A stretch of DNA of 64,000 nt, from sequence record MN871441.1. One strand, given 5' to 3'. Of this stretch, positions 1 through 9,455 are shown piece after piece (the stretch's first letter is position 1; every line of letters begins with the position of its first letter). The notes below the pieces were generated by a model. The model made no database searches, was not told where the DNA came from, and saw only the letters and a list, made by a program, of their open reading frames with translations. Position numbers and translations under genes: made by a program.

Positions 1-51
1 CCATTTCTTCTTTGATTTTATCAAACATTTTTAATTTCCTTGATTTTAAAT

Positions 52-321
52 TTATTCGTTGATGACAACAACAAGACGGGAGTAACTGCTATACATATCA
101 TTGGATTTAGACCAAGACACCCCATATCCATCTTTGACCATACGCTCAACCAGTTCAGAACGGATCTCGGACGGGATGATCTCGTTTGGGATACTAACCG
201 TCACGTTATAGTCATTTGTCTTTTTGAGAAGATATTCATAAACGAAATTTAGTGCGTTTTGAATCAAAGCTTCTCGCTTCTCGGTGATCTTTTTGTGGAT
301 TTCGGAGCTTTTCATTTCCAT
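52..321 (-). CDS. hypothetical protein
   Basis: 89 aa ORF tiling with neighbours. Confidence 0.7.
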   Translation of the reverse strand: MEMKSSEIHKKITEKREALIQNALNFVYEYLLKKTNDYNVTVSIPNEIIPSEIRSELVERMVKDGYGVSWSKSNDMYSSYSRLVVVINE

Positions 322-698
322 CGTTCCCTTTTATTCAATCCATATGCGATTGTGTTTTCGATAATGTTATACTGGCGAATTTCTGATTTACGTTTGATCT
401 CTTCCAAACGGGGTATCAATTCTTTTTTCTCATCCCGGTTGAATTGGTCTTTATGTAAAATACCACGTTCATTCATCTCATGAATCAAAACGTTACCTTG
501 ACGATAAACCAATTTTATTTCATGTGGCTTGAATCGTCTTGGTAGGTTTGGTTCTTCGATTTCAAAAGTAAAGATTAAACCATCAACATCGTTTTTTCTT
601 GACAGATTCCATGTATACGGGTCGTTGTCTATTACTTCGATAATCTTTTTCGCCAACGGTCTGATATTCGGTACATGTTTTTTGAACAACCAAAACAT
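312..698 (-). CDS. hypothetical protein
   Basis: 128 aa ORF tiling with neighbours. Confidence 0.7.
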   Translation of the reverse strand: MFWLFKKHVPNIRPLAKKIIEVIDNDPYTWNLSRKNDVDGLIFTFEIEEPNLPRRFKPHEIKLVYRQGNVLIHEMNERGILHKDQFNRDEKKELIPRLEEIKRKSEIRQYNIIENTIAYGLNKRERWK

Positions 699-699
699 A

Positions 700-927
700 T
701 CACATCACCTCTGGTTGTGTAAATACAGCTCGATATTTCTGTTGAAGACTACGAACTGATACAATCATTGGGGTTTCTGTGTTGCTTTTGAAGTCTTTTA
801 CCATCAAAGAACCCATACCACCACGGGACATAACAACCCCCTTTTGGAAATGTTCGCCGACTACCCAACCCTTACCTTCGAGAACATATACAAGTGCTTC
901 TGAAAAAGTCATATCAAATTTCATCAT
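700..927 (-). CDS. hypothetical protein, weak Tad2/DUF2829-like N-terminus
   Basis: MTFSEAL..LEGK start resembles DUF2829; rest diverged. Confidence 0.6.
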   Translation of the reverse strand: MMKFDMTFSEALVYVLEGKGWVVGEHFQKGVVMSRGGMGSLMVKDFKSNTETPMIVSVRSLQQKYRAVFTQPEVM

Positions 928-935
928 AATATTCC

Positions 936-1331
936 TTACTTTAGTTCCGTTTCAAGAAAGTTTTTAAACTCTTCTTTTCTCTTCTTTTCCTCTACGCGAG
1001 AGGACAAATTTCTCAGAGCTGTTAGAATTCGGTCTTTCTCTTTTTCATTGAAAATATCATTAATTTTACCATCGTCATCATACATGATTGAAATAGAGAT
1101 GTAAATACCCCATACCAACTTAACACCATCACCTATAACAAAAGATGTTGCGGTTCGGTCTGTGTGTTTACGGCTAAGGTCATCACAACTATCAATGATC
1201 TCAACAATCTTATCTACTTTTTCTTGGAGGGGTGTTGGTGTGACCGGATTGACAACATCCCAATATTGAGGCTGCTTTTCTGAATTCAAAAGCTTAGAAA
1301 TCCAATCCCAACATCTACCCTTACCTTGCAT
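936..1331 (-). CDS. hypothetical protein
   Basis: ATG at 1331 after GAGGT RBS. Confidence 0.7.
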   Translation of the reverse strand: MQGKGRCWDWISKLLNSEKQPQYWDVVNPVTPTPLQEKVDKIVEIIDSCDDLSRKHTDRTATSFVIGDGVKLVWGIYISISIMYDDDGKINDIFNEKEKDRILTALRNLSSRVEEKKRKEEFKNFLETELK

Positions 1332-1335
1332 ATCA

Positions 1336-1512
1336 CTACACCTCTTCAAAAATTTTCAGGTCTGAAACAAACTTAATGTGTTTGTTATCAAGAAGATACT
1401 GACCAATCCCTTTTTCGGCGGCATACTTATCTACCGCACGATACTCACGGGTTTCGTCATACACTTGGTCGTCTTGACCAACATAAACAACCTTAAACAT
1501 ATATTCTTTCAT
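1336..1512 (-). CDS. small hypothetical protein (58 aa, below ORF-track cutoff)
   Basis: MKEYMFKVVYVG...IFEEV, GGGAG RBS, first gene after promoter. Confidence 0.65.
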   Translation of the reverse strand: MKEYMFKVVYVGQDDQVYDETREYRAVDKYAAEKGIGQYLLDNKHIKFVSDLKIFEEV

Positions 1513-1539
1513 ATCTATCTCCCTTGTTTTGATACAGCT

Positions 1540-1568
1540 ATATTCTCATAATTTAAATTTCAAGTCAA
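1540..1568 (-). promoter_or_regulatory. sigma70-like early promoter
   Basis: TTGACT-N17-GAATAT. Confidence 0.5.
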
Positions 1569-1840
1569 CTGATGTATCCAAACTTTTTCAGTAATTTAAA
1601 AACTGGCTCATCACCTGCCTTCGGGTTCCGCCAGCATTCATCACCACGAACCCATACGCGGGGCAAATGAAGAACCGGGTCGATGATTTCACCATGATAT
1701 AGAGTTACCAATACCAATGATGTGTCTACCTTAATCGAGTTATCCAAAGATAAGGCAGCGATTCCGAATTTTTCTTCGAAATCAAACACATCGCCCATAT
1801 TTTCAGAAACCACATAGTATTTCCAACCAATGTTTTTCAT
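1565..1840 (-). CDS. hypothetical protein
   Basis: MKNIGW start after GAGGTGG RBS. Confidence 0.65.
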   Translation of the reverse strand: MKNIGWKYYVVSENMGDVFDFEEKFGIAALSLDNSIKVDTSLVLVTLYHGEIIDPVLHLPRVWVRGDECWRNPKAGDEPVFKLLKKFGYIS

Positions 1841-1897
1841 ACCACCTCTCACAAAACAAATCCTATACCACATAGGGTACAGGATTTTCATTTATAG

Positions 1898-2170
1898 TCA
1901 ATCAATTTTTGGGTATTTCGGCACTGTTTTATCCACCCATTCACATTGATAAACCCTTTCGGTCTTCACATCGTATTTTTCTGGGATCAGTTCTTTTCCG
2001 AACGACACCCATAACGTGATCCACAAAACATATCCAGCCGCTTGATACCAAGTCACATCTTTATTAAAGAAAATCTGTCTGAGTGCCAAAACAAGCAACG
2101 GAAGAAGAAACCCAACACAAACAATACCGATTGACCACCACATACGAACTTCTAAGATTGGATCCATCAT
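1898..2170 (-). CDS. hypothetical membrane protein
   Basis: two hydrophobic segments. Confidence 0.65.
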   Translation of the reverse strand: MMDPILEVRMWWSIGIVCVGFLLPLLVLALRQIFFNKDVTWYQAAGYVLWITLWVSFGKELIPEKYDVKTERVYQCEWVDKTVPKYPKID

Positions 2171-2472
2171 TTCATACCCTCAATACGAGATTTCAAAACC
2201 ATCAACGCCTCTTCTTGGTTCTTTAGGTCAATCGGACGGTTGTGATTGTTGTACATATCCCATAAGATTTTACAGGATTCCTCACCGAACACATTATCGA
2301 AGATCCTAGGACTTTCACTATAGTCGATCAAAGATATAAATTTTTCTTCTTTATCAAAATAGATCCTAGTATATTCATCGATTTTCAAAACATTGTTCAT
2401 CATCCAACTAATCTTACCATTGTTTTCTGCAAAGAACAACCATTTTACAATCTCATTTTCAATATTTTTCAT
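2167..2472 (-). CDS. hypothetical protein
   Basis: 4-nt stop/start overlaps. Confidence 0.7.
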   Translation of the reverse strand: MKNIENEIVKWLFFAENNGKISWMMNNVLKIDEYTRIYFDKEEKFISLIDYSESPRIFDNVFGEESCKILWDMYNNHNRPIDLKNQEEALMVLKSRIEGMK

Positions 2473-2669
2473 TCAGGAACCACCCATTGAATTTCCAATC
2501 GAGAATAAAATTCATTATTGAGATCTACAACACACCATCCATCAAGGTCATCCCAATATTCGATATCATCTAGATTGATGCGCCACTTTTCTGACTCTAT
2601 GCGACCTTCTCCACCAGACCACACTGCAATACAGTACCCCTCACCGGGCATGATATTAGTTAGTTTCAT
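2469..2669 (-). CDS. hypothetical protein
   Basis: AGGAG RBS, first gene after promoter. Confidence 0.7.
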   Translation of the reverse strand: MKLTNIMPGEGYCIAVWSGGEGRIESEKWRINLDDIEYWDDLDGWCVVDLNNEFYSRLEIQWVVPE

Positions 2670-2685
2670 AATAGTCTCCTAAGTA

Positions 2686-2731
2686 AAAACCCTATACCAT
2701 TGATGATATAGGGTTTTGGTTATACTGTCAA
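2686..2731 (-). promoter_or_regulatory. sigma70-like early promoter with stem-loop across the -10
   Basis: TTGACA-N17-TATCAT; 11-bp inverted repeat AAAACCCTATA/TATAGGGTTTT at 2686-2717. Confidence 0.7.
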
Positions 2732-2732
2732 C

Positions 2733-2936
2733 TTATTTTTTGGCGCTACCGTTGGTTCCCATCACGTCGCTCTGGACTCGTGAAATGTTATCCAAAGGAA
2801 CCATAACAAACACATCAGAAAATCTGTGGTGATTCATTTCCCGTGTACCAACAATCATCATACCATTTTCAAGTTTAACCATTATATTGGTTTCTGGTAA
2901 TGTGATTGTATTCCCGTCCTTTTGATAGATAATCAT
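2733..2936 (-). CDS. hypothetical protein
   Basis: 67 aa ORF directly after rnlA. Confidence 0.65.
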   Translation of the reverse strand: MIIYQKDGNTITLPETNIMVKLENGMMIVGTREMNHHRFSDVFVMVPLDNISRVQSDVMGTNGSAKK

Positions 2937-2937
2937 A

Positions 2938-4116
2938 TTAGCCCCATTTAGTTGGAATAAATTCTTCTGGATACTTGATAATGACTGCCATAATCTCTGG
3001 CATCACTTCCAGATCTGGTGCTTGGAACATCTTCATCACGATGTTAAAGAACATACGGTCTTGTTTGAATGTGTTCTGCATGGAGATTGCGTATTCGCGT
3101 CGTTCCATTCCAGCACAAGCCTTATGAGCCTCTCGGATCTTGGTATAAGTTGAGCCAGCAACACCAACCACATGATCTTCGAATTCTTGGATTTTTGTTA
3201 GAGATAACGAATCATCCAAAAACAGTTGACGTAAGTCATCTGACACACCTTGAGCAACTGCAATCACCAAATCCTTGTTGTTGGTAATGGAGTCTTTCAG
3301 CTTGTGGCGAGCCACATATGATGTGGTCTTGATCTTAACTCGGCTACCATCTTTCATAACCAGAATGTATCCTTCGATCCCAGTTTCGTTGTACATGTTC
3401 GAAATCGCGGCATTAACATCCGTACCTTCTTCAAACATGAACTGATCTACTGCATATTTGCGGAACACAGGAGACCGAATCAACTTGTTGTTTGAGTAAT
3501 ATTCCCCAGTATCACGATGGCGGACGTTCAGGATCTTGAGGCTTTCTTCTGGATACATAATAACAATCTGGTTCTTCGGAGAACACCATTCCAGATTCAC
3601 AGTATACCCTGCCTCTTCGCAATCGATAACGAAGTCCAAAAGGTCTGTATGGTTCACCAACCAACGATTTGCATCATTTGCCTGTTCGCTATTAATTGAG
3701 GTCTTACTTTTCAACATGTAGTTAATGCGATTGTCGTCTTCTGGGTCGATGAAGTGATAAGAACTCACCAAACTACCATCTGCTTTATCTTCATATCGGT
3801 CGATATTAGAATAATCCAATTCCAGTTTATCGAGTCCAACAACACCGGAATTTGTTAGGTTCCATGCTTGGCGTTCTGCTAGGTTGAAAAACTTTTCCAT
3901 GGGTCGAGATGCGATCCGGTACGGTTCACCGTTAACCAATTCAAACATGATACCACGACACTCTAGAGCGTCTGGGAGCATCCATTGGGTTAATCCTGCG
4001 ATGTGATAGGAGAATACCCGAAAATGGTTTCCAATGGAAGACCAATGGTCACGAAAGAAGAAACAATCGCCATGTTCTTCGGTTAGCTTCAACAGGTTAT
4101 TATAAAGTTCTTTCAT
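2938..4116 (-). CDS. rnlA: RNA ligase 1 (T4 gp63-like)
   Basis: KADGSLVSS adenylation motif, ECRGIMF, RPMEKFFN, NLEWCSPKNQIV, IEGYIL, VKIKT. Confidence 0.93.
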   Translation of the reverse strand: MKELYNNLLKLTEEHGDCFFFRDHWSSIGNHFRVFSYHIAGLTQWMLPDALECRGIMFELVNGEPYRIASRPMEKFFNLAERQAWNLTNSGVVGLDKLELDYSNIDRYEDKADGSLVSSYHFIDPEDDNRINYMLKSKTSINSEQANDANRWLVNHTDLLDFVIDCEEAGYTVNLEWCSPKNQIVIMYPEESLKILNVRHRDTGEYYSNNKLIRSPVFRKYAVDQFMFEEGTDVNAAISNMYNETGIEGYILVMKDGSRVKIKTTSYVARHKLKDSITNNKDLVIAVAQGVSDDLRQLFLDDSLSLTKIQEFEDHVVGVAGSTYTKIREAHKACAGMERREYAISMQNTFKQDRMFFNIVMKMFQAPDLEVMPEIMAVIIKYPEEFIPTKWG

Positions 4117-4295
4117 TCTGTAATCCCCAAATTGATAGTATTAAGATCTTTCAGTTCAGTTTCGGACAATTCGAATGTGACACACCCAACCTTTTTAGCT
4201 TGAGTCAAACGAGTCATGATATCGGCAGATCGTGCGATAATAAGAGTGATAGTTTCTAAGTGTTTTACGTCTAAATTTGTTAAGTCGACTTTCAT
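4113..4295 (-). CDS. hypothetical protein
   Basis: overlap-coupled ORF. Confidence 0.6.
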   Translation of the reverse strand: MKVDLTNLDVKHLETITLIIARSADIMTRLTQAKKVGCVTFELSETELKDLNTINLGITE

Positions 4296-4567
4296 AGAGC
4301 GTCCATAATAGTTTGGGTATCCATAGCCGCCAACAATTCGGATTCTCCGAAATGGGCTAGGATATCTTGGATAGTGAAGTAACTTAATACGTCTGAGTCA
4401 CCAAAGTGGCTAATAAATTCGGATATGGTAATTGAATCCATTACTGGTTCTGGGTCTACCTGATCTAATGTCAAGAAAATATACGGGTTGTTTCCATATC
4501 CACCAGAAATTTCAACACCACGAGCTTCTAATTCTACATTAATTCTATTCATATCAAATCCATTCAT
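4292..4567 (-). CDS. acidic hypothetical protein with short internal repeat
   Basis: ISHFGDSDVL / LAHFGESELL repeat. Confidence 0.65.
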   Translation of the reverse strand: MNGFDMNRINVELEARGVEISGGYGNNPYIFLTLDQVDPEPVMDSITISEFISHFGDSDVLSYFTIQDILAHFGESELLAAMDTQTIMDAL

Positions 4568-4716
4568 GGATCAGGTTATATTCTTCTTTTGTGAGAATAA
4601 CCTGATTTGTTTTCTTATTGAACCATGGGTAATAAATCCATGTATACAAAGCAAATTGTTCGTATGTCATAATGTTTTCGAGATCGTCTGGATTTGTCAA
4701 TTTTGCATTTTTAAGG

Positions 4717-4932
4717 TCAATTACAATTTGCATTTAGGATATACCTTTCAATAATTTGTAGTTCTACGATGTCAACCAATATAGTATCCACCAATGGAGA
4801 TTTCAAAGCAGCAACCAACTTCAACAGGATATATTTTTCATCTGCGGTTGGGGTATCACTTTGAATAGTACGTTGGATCCACTCAAGTTCGGTGTTTTCC
4901 AAAACATATTCTAATTTAATTTCATACTTCAT
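4717..4932 (-). CDS. hypothetical protein
   Basis: MKYEIKLEY start at 4932. Confidence 0.6.
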   Translation of the reverse strand: MKYEIKLEYVLENTELEWIQRTIQSDTPTADEKYILLKLVAALKSPLVDTILVDIVELQIIERYILNANCN

Positions 4933-4934
4933 AC

Positions 4935-5156
4935 TTACAGATCCAATGCATGAACCCAAGACCCAATCAGATACACAGTTCCGGTTTCTGTTTTTACATA
5001 ACGAACTTCCCCATCAAATTCAATCTTTTCTGTGATTGGTGAAGTTACAATACTGTCTCCATTTTCAAACCGGGTTAGACAATCGTCATAGATAAGACCA
5101 GAAAGACGATTTCCGGGTACTGGGCGGACTTTAGAAAGTGTTGCATGGTGTTTCAT
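4935..5156 (-). CDS. hypothetical protein, paralog of 6111..6347
   Basis: shared MKH.A.L, D..RF..G..IVTS, T..GTVY. Confidence 0.7.
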   Translation of the reverse strand: MKHHATLSKVRPVPGNRLSGLIYDDCLTRFENGDSIVTSPITEKIEFDGEVRYVKTETGTVYLIGSWVHALDL

Positions 5157-5159
5157 CTC

Positions 5160-5438
5160 TTATTCCTCAAATGATTCTAGAAACTTGATAATGTCAGAAC
5201 GGATCTCTTTTTGCAATGATGAAGTTGGGTTATACGGATCAAAATCACAAAGGTCGTAATTTGTCTCTTTCCATGGGTATTCACAAGCCCACGAAAGCAT
5301 ACCTTTATTAATACCATTATTTACGTAAAAATGATATTTTCCTTCATAACAACGCACTTCCATTAGGTATTTGATGAATTCTTCTGGTGTGACTTTAAAC
5401 CGATCCTTTATAATTCGTTCACGATGGAAAGTAATCAT
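5160..5438 (-). CDS. hypothetical protein
   Basis: overlap-coupled ORF. Confidence 0.65.
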   Translation of the reverse strand: MITFHRERIIKDRFKVTPEEFIKYLMEVRCYEGKYHFYVNNGINKGMLSWACEYPWKETNYDLCDFDPYNPTSSLQKEIRSDIIKFLESFEE

Positions 5439-5725
5439 ACCAAATTCTCCGCCTGTTTACGCATAAGTTCAATCCGACGTTTCGTGTCTTCTTCTGTAAT
5501 TTCAGGAAACCCGATAATGAATTTAATATCACCGCGTTCACGAGCTTTCTTGAGAACCATACCCATAATATCAGACTTACCCATATGGCTACCAAGAGAA
5601 GGGATATAGTCGATAACTTTCCCTAACGGTATACCACCTTTCGGGAAATGGTCAGTAGGGTACATAAACTGGACGTCCATATCAACAAAAAATTCTTTTG
5701 TCATAACATATTCCTCATATACCAA
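5435..5725 (-). CDS. hypothetical protein
   Basis: overlap-coupled ORF. Confidence 0.65.
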   Translation of the reverse strand: MVYEEYVMTKEFFVDMDVQFMYPTDHFPKGGIPLGKVIDYIPSLGSHMGKSDIMGMVLKKARERGDIKFIIGFPEITEEDTKRRIELMRKQAENLV

Positions 5726-6035
5726 ATAGTTTGTCTAATGATGGCTCAAATAACTTGTTAACTACATAAGCCAGAATATCGGCGTGACACAGTTTAGGTT
5801 TACAACAACACCCTAAACGCTTACCTTCAAGTTCTTTGAAATCTTCACGAGTAAGGTTACCTGTTCGTATCTGTTCTGTCAACCAGTTTTTATATTTCTC
5901 TAAAATAACCTCTCTGTCTTCTTCTCTGCGTAAGGGGAAAGGATTCCCCCACTTAGAAGGGCGCATAACAACGACGTCACAAGGTTCTTTATTCAGGTTT
6001 ACAGAACGACATCTATTCATCACGGTCGTGTTCAT
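5715..6035 (-). CDS. DUF4326 domain protein
   Basis: RPSKWGNPF and LEGKRLGCCCKPKLCHADIL signature. Confidence 0.85.
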   Translation of the reverse strand: MNTTVMNRCRSVNLNKEPCDVVVMRPSKWGNPFPLRREEDREVILEKYKNWLTEQIRTGNLTREDFKELEGKRLGCCCKPKLCHADILAYVVNKLFEPSLDKLFGI

Positions 6036-6110
6036 GTATAGACATTGGTGCGTGTCCCCAACACCCCACAAATAGAATAACCAGAAAAATGGTTACGATC
6101 AATATATATT

Positions 6111-6347
6111 TCATATGTCACTATTATCCTGCATATCGCCATACACCAGTTTATAAACTGTTCCTGACTTGGTTACAATATGGGTTGTTACATCGTTGCA
6201 ATCCCGAATATATTCGATGATAAAAGAGGTAACTATTTGCTCGCCATCATTAAAACGATTTTTGGTATCACAAAAAACATAACCAAGTGCTTTGTTTTCG
6301 TTAAACGGATATGGAGACGAATTTTTTAAAATTGCATCATGTTTCAT
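6111..6347 (-). CDS. hypothetical protein, paralog of 4935..5156
   Basis: shared motifs. Confidence 0.7.
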   Translation of the reverse strand: MKHDAILKNSSPYPFNENKALGYVFCDTKNRFNDGEQIVTSFIIEYIRDCNDVTTHIVTKSGTVYKLVYGDMQDNSDI

Positions 6348-6583
6348 TCTTCTACCTCAATCAAACAATCTTCTTCATCAGGATAGCAATTATCGGCATC
6401 GTTGGGCCACTGCACCCAAGTCCACCCCGGCTCAGTTGACCATTCAGATACTCTGTATTGTGGAACCGGAATAACAACACCAATTACATCAACAGGGTTC
6501 GTCTCCCCACCATGACCATCATATGCCCAANGGCTTTTTGGATCCAATTTTACTAAAGTGCCAATTTTAATATCTTTGTTCAT
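6344..6583 (-). CDS. hypothetical protein
   Basis: overlap-coupled ORF. Confidence 0.65.
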   Translation of the reverse strand: MNKDIKIGTLVKLDPKSXWAYDGHGGETNPVDVIGVVIPVPQYRVSEWSTEPGWTWVQWPNDADNCYPDEEDCLIEVEE

Positions 6584-6585
6584 TT

Positions 6586-6924
6586 TTAACTCTCTGAATA
6601 NACTTCAACAGAAAANGGCTCGTCGTCAAGGTGGATAATATGGTTTAGTTGACCAAAATAATCACAAATGGCACAAATCTTTTCTTCATTGACTCCATAT
6701 AGAACGAGTTCCCAACGACTGTACCCATACTCACTTTCTGGATAATAAGAATTGTACTTAACTTCTGTTTGTACTGTAGCCAGCATAGAGGCTACACTAT
6801 GAAGTACATATTCTTGTTTATCCTTATCTTCTAATCCGGATTCGATGTATGCAAAGGTCTTACCACCGGCTTTGTCTTCGTAACCTTCGAAGTCATCCCA
6901 GATATTAATATCGATAATCTTCAT
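6586..6924 (-). CDS. hypothetical protein
   Basis: acidic 112 aa ORF tiling after denA. Confidence 0.65.
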   Translation of the reverse strand: MKIIDINIWDDFEGYEDKAGGKTFAYIESGLEDKDKQEYVLHSVASMLATVQTEVKYNSYYPESEYGYSRWELVLYGVNEEKICAICDYFGQLNHIIHLDDEXFSVEXYSES

Positions 6925-6925
6925 A

Positions 6926-7300
6926 TCAATCTCCGTTAAAATGTACGTTCCAAACAGGACGATATTCCCTGATTAGACGTTGTTCGTCTATATCCAACAT
7001 CATACTAGAAGAACGGAAAACATACAACCATAAATTCCCCTTGTTGATAGTCTCTACCATCTTTTTGTTCTTGTCGACATTGGATTGTCTGGCGTTTCTC
7101 CAATTTACACAATTCCTATACGTATCGAATCTCTTCCATAGATCATTTGCTTTACCAATGTAGAGAATTTTAGATCCTCTTACAAATGCGTATACCACAT
7201 TTTGGTAATAAGTTGGGACTAGCATATCCCTTGATAACAAACCCTGATCGTCTAGATACAACTTCGATATCTTCTTAAACCCCGGAAGCATATCATTCAC
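6926..7300 (-). CDS. denA: GIY-YIG endonuclease II (T4 DenA-like)
   Basis: VVYAF...ILYIGKANDLWKRFDTYRN and EQRLIREYRPVWN. Confidence 0.8.
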   Translation of the reverse strand: MNDMLPGFKKISKLYLDDQGLLSRDMLVPTYYQNVVYAFVRGSKILYIGKANDLWKRFDTYRNCVNWRNARQSNVDKNKKMVETINKGNLWLYVFRSSSMMLDIDEQRLIREYRPVWNVHFNGD

Positions 7301-7589
7301 CCTTAAAACTTCTACACATCTTATATTTCACGATCTGATAATTGAGACATGAGGTATAGATTAAATGGATCTCATGGCGAATTGATTGGGTCAGAGGAAT
7401 TTCGACATCTTGTAATTTACAAAATTCAGAATGATAAATTTCCTGAATGTAACCACTANGTGTTAAATCATAAAAAGCCGCCTGCAACGGTTCCTCTATT
7501 TCGTTCTTAGGTAGGTTGTCGAAAATAGACAANGCAGNNACNATACGTTCCTCCATGATTTTAGCAATAATCATTCCATTTTCATTCAT
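7293..7589 (-). CDS. hypothetical protein
   Basis: overlap-coupled ORF. Confidence 0.55.
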   Translation of the reverse strand: MNENGMIIAKIMEERXXXXLSIFDNLPKNEIEEPLQAAFYDLTXSGYIQEIYHSEFCKLQDVEIPLTQSIRHEIHLIYTSCLNYQIVKYKMCRSFKGE

Positions 7590-7909
7590 ACAACATTTTT
7601 CAGTATCATGGAAATATTAAAATTTACCAATTCCAAAGTATATTGTTCATAAATCCAATAATACAAATCATCAACGTTAACATTCGGGTATAATTTTAAT
7701 ACTTCATCGCTAATTTCATCTATAACCTGATCGGTTGGTTTATAGATATAAAATAGTTTTGATAACTCGATGACAAATTTTTCATTGTCCTCAATGGCGT
7801 TCAATTCCGATTTGTGCTTTTCCATTCTGGTTCGAACGTGCTCATCAATAATAGGGAGTATATCCCTTGATTCCACACTATATTCACCAGACTCTCTTGA
7901 AAATTTCAT
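7586..7909 (-). CDS. hypothetical protein
   Basis: overlap-coupled ORF. Confidence 0.65.
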   Translation of the reverse strand: MKFSRESGEYSVESRDILPIIDEHVRTRMEKHKSELNAIEDNEKFVIELSKLFYIYKPTDQVIDEISDEVLKLYPNVNVDDLYYWIYEQYTLELVNFNISMILKNVV

Positions 7910-8379
7910 TTTAGCATCCTTATAGCCTCTTTGGCTTTTTCAGAAGACAACCCCTCTCTATGGATCTTTACCAAATGACTATGNTCATATCGAAGGTCAT
8001 CAATAATAACGTATTTCTCAACACCCCTAACTTTAGCATACTCTTCTGCACAAGTAAACCGATATTCACCACCACCTGTATAGCCGATTACCCCATCTAG
8101 TTTAAGACCGGTGATTTCAGTGAAAACTGTAGAACCAACACAGTCAACAACACCACCCCGAAACCAAGAAGAGATCCCGATTAGTTTAACGTCGTCATAA
8201 GCTCTCAGAACGTCGTACAGGTTGTTTAACATCCATGGACATATAAGGTATATGATTCCATCAACAACCTCCCATACCGCTTCTGACGAGACATATGACG
8301 ACGTTTGGTTTGTGTGGGTAACCTCCGAAGTTTCGTAGTTATTCAGAGGCCCATCAACATCTAAGAAAACGTATCTCAT
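7906..8379 (-). CDS. HAD-superfamily phosphatase, RNA-repair (Swiss Army Knife HAD) type
   Basis: FLDVDGPLN motif I, ISSWFR, YVIIDD motif IV. Confidence 0.8.
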   Translation of the reverse strand: MRYVFLDVDGPLNNYETSEVTHTNQTSSYVSSEAVWEVVDGIIYLICPWMLNNLYDVLRAYDDVKLIGISSWFRGGVVDCVGSTVFTEITGLKLDGVIGYTGGGEYRFTCAEEYAKVRGVEKYVIIDDLRYXHSHLVKIHREGLSSEKAKEAIRMLK

Positions 8380-9038
8380 ACAAGAACCTGTGCGGCAAGG
8401 ATCGCTGAATGGCGCTTTAACTTGGTTTCCAAAGATTCGAATTTATACCAATCAGTCCATCGTGTCATTTCTTTACTTCCAACAGTACCAGTAAACCAAT
8501 CTGTGATTAAAGGTGGATTATAAAATCCAGTGGAAATACTCATCCTAATNTTATGACAAAAGTAGAAAGTCGCGTAAAAGGTANTTTCTGAACCTAATTT
8601 CAAAGACCAGACTTTGGTTGCTAAAAAGAACTCAGTCATCTCAAAATGTGCATCTGGTACGAAGGATTTAATAAAATATTTCTTATGGTCGAATTCCACA
8701 TCAACCAATGTCTTGTAAAGGTCGGATGCTACTTCAACCAACTCGCTTAGGTTAACTTTCCAACAATGTCCGAGGTCAATTACCCCGATATATGCGGGTG
8801 TAATATTTTTGTTTAAAATATTGAGAATTCGCTTCCCAGAATCTGTTTGTGTGATGATAAAATCATAATCCCATAGACTGAAAATTGGAGCGCGGTTTAC
8901 TGATTTTAGTTTTGATTCTATCGCTCGAACGTAAGACGATTCATGGTTCATCATACTTTTGATACCAGCCATAGCAAGAGATAGACAGATCGGATAACCA
9001 AAATAGTCCGCAGTATCTTTATGNANTTGNGTGTACAT
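8376..9038 (-). CDS. hypothetical protein
   Basis: 220 aa ORF, start in N-rich block. Confidence 0.6.
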   Translation of the reverse strand: MYXQXHKDTADYFGYPICLSLAMAGIKSMMNHESSYVRAIESKLKSVNRAPIFSLWDYDFIITQTDSGKRILNILNKNITPAYIGVIDLGHCWKVNLSELVEVASDLYKTLVDVEFDHKKYFIKSFVPDAHFEMTEFFLATKVWSLKLGSEXTFYATFYFCHXIRMSISTGFYNPPLITDWFTGTVGSKEMTRWTDWYKFESLETKLKRHSAILAAQVLV

Positions 9039-9409
9039 TTTTATTCCTCGTCGTANANNGGTTCAACAANNANNGATTTNCCNTANTNNGTNAANCCNTN
9101 TTNGGTNCTATANACCATNTNNTTNAGATTNNNNTTTANCCAANNGGTTTTTTGTTCTGTGGTGTACANTCATCCCACNNNCTCATCNANNNAGTCANNA
9201 TNNCANTTCTGNANGTNATAAACNTCNACNGGTTTNTNGTATTTNNNTTCCATGNANGAAATGGACACGNNNANANCGAAGACTTATCATNNTNGGTTGG
9301 GANGATCCAGTTNTCNACNTCACCATNNTNCANNATTNAGNGNAACTATTAGGGTAACCGTGTNNACATNNNTTTTCATGNNATGNCTCCTNNTANNTTC
9401 TATANANNT

Positions 9410-9449
9410 ANGATACAGAAAAGCCGAAAGCGTGTCAACACTTTCGGCT
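9410..9449 (-). promoter_or_regulatory. terminator hairpin overlapping an early promoter
   Basis: AGCCGAAAG/CTTTCGGCT stem plus T-tract after td; TTGACA in the loop, N17, TATCNT. Confidence 0.65.
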
Positions 9450-9455
9450 AGATTT

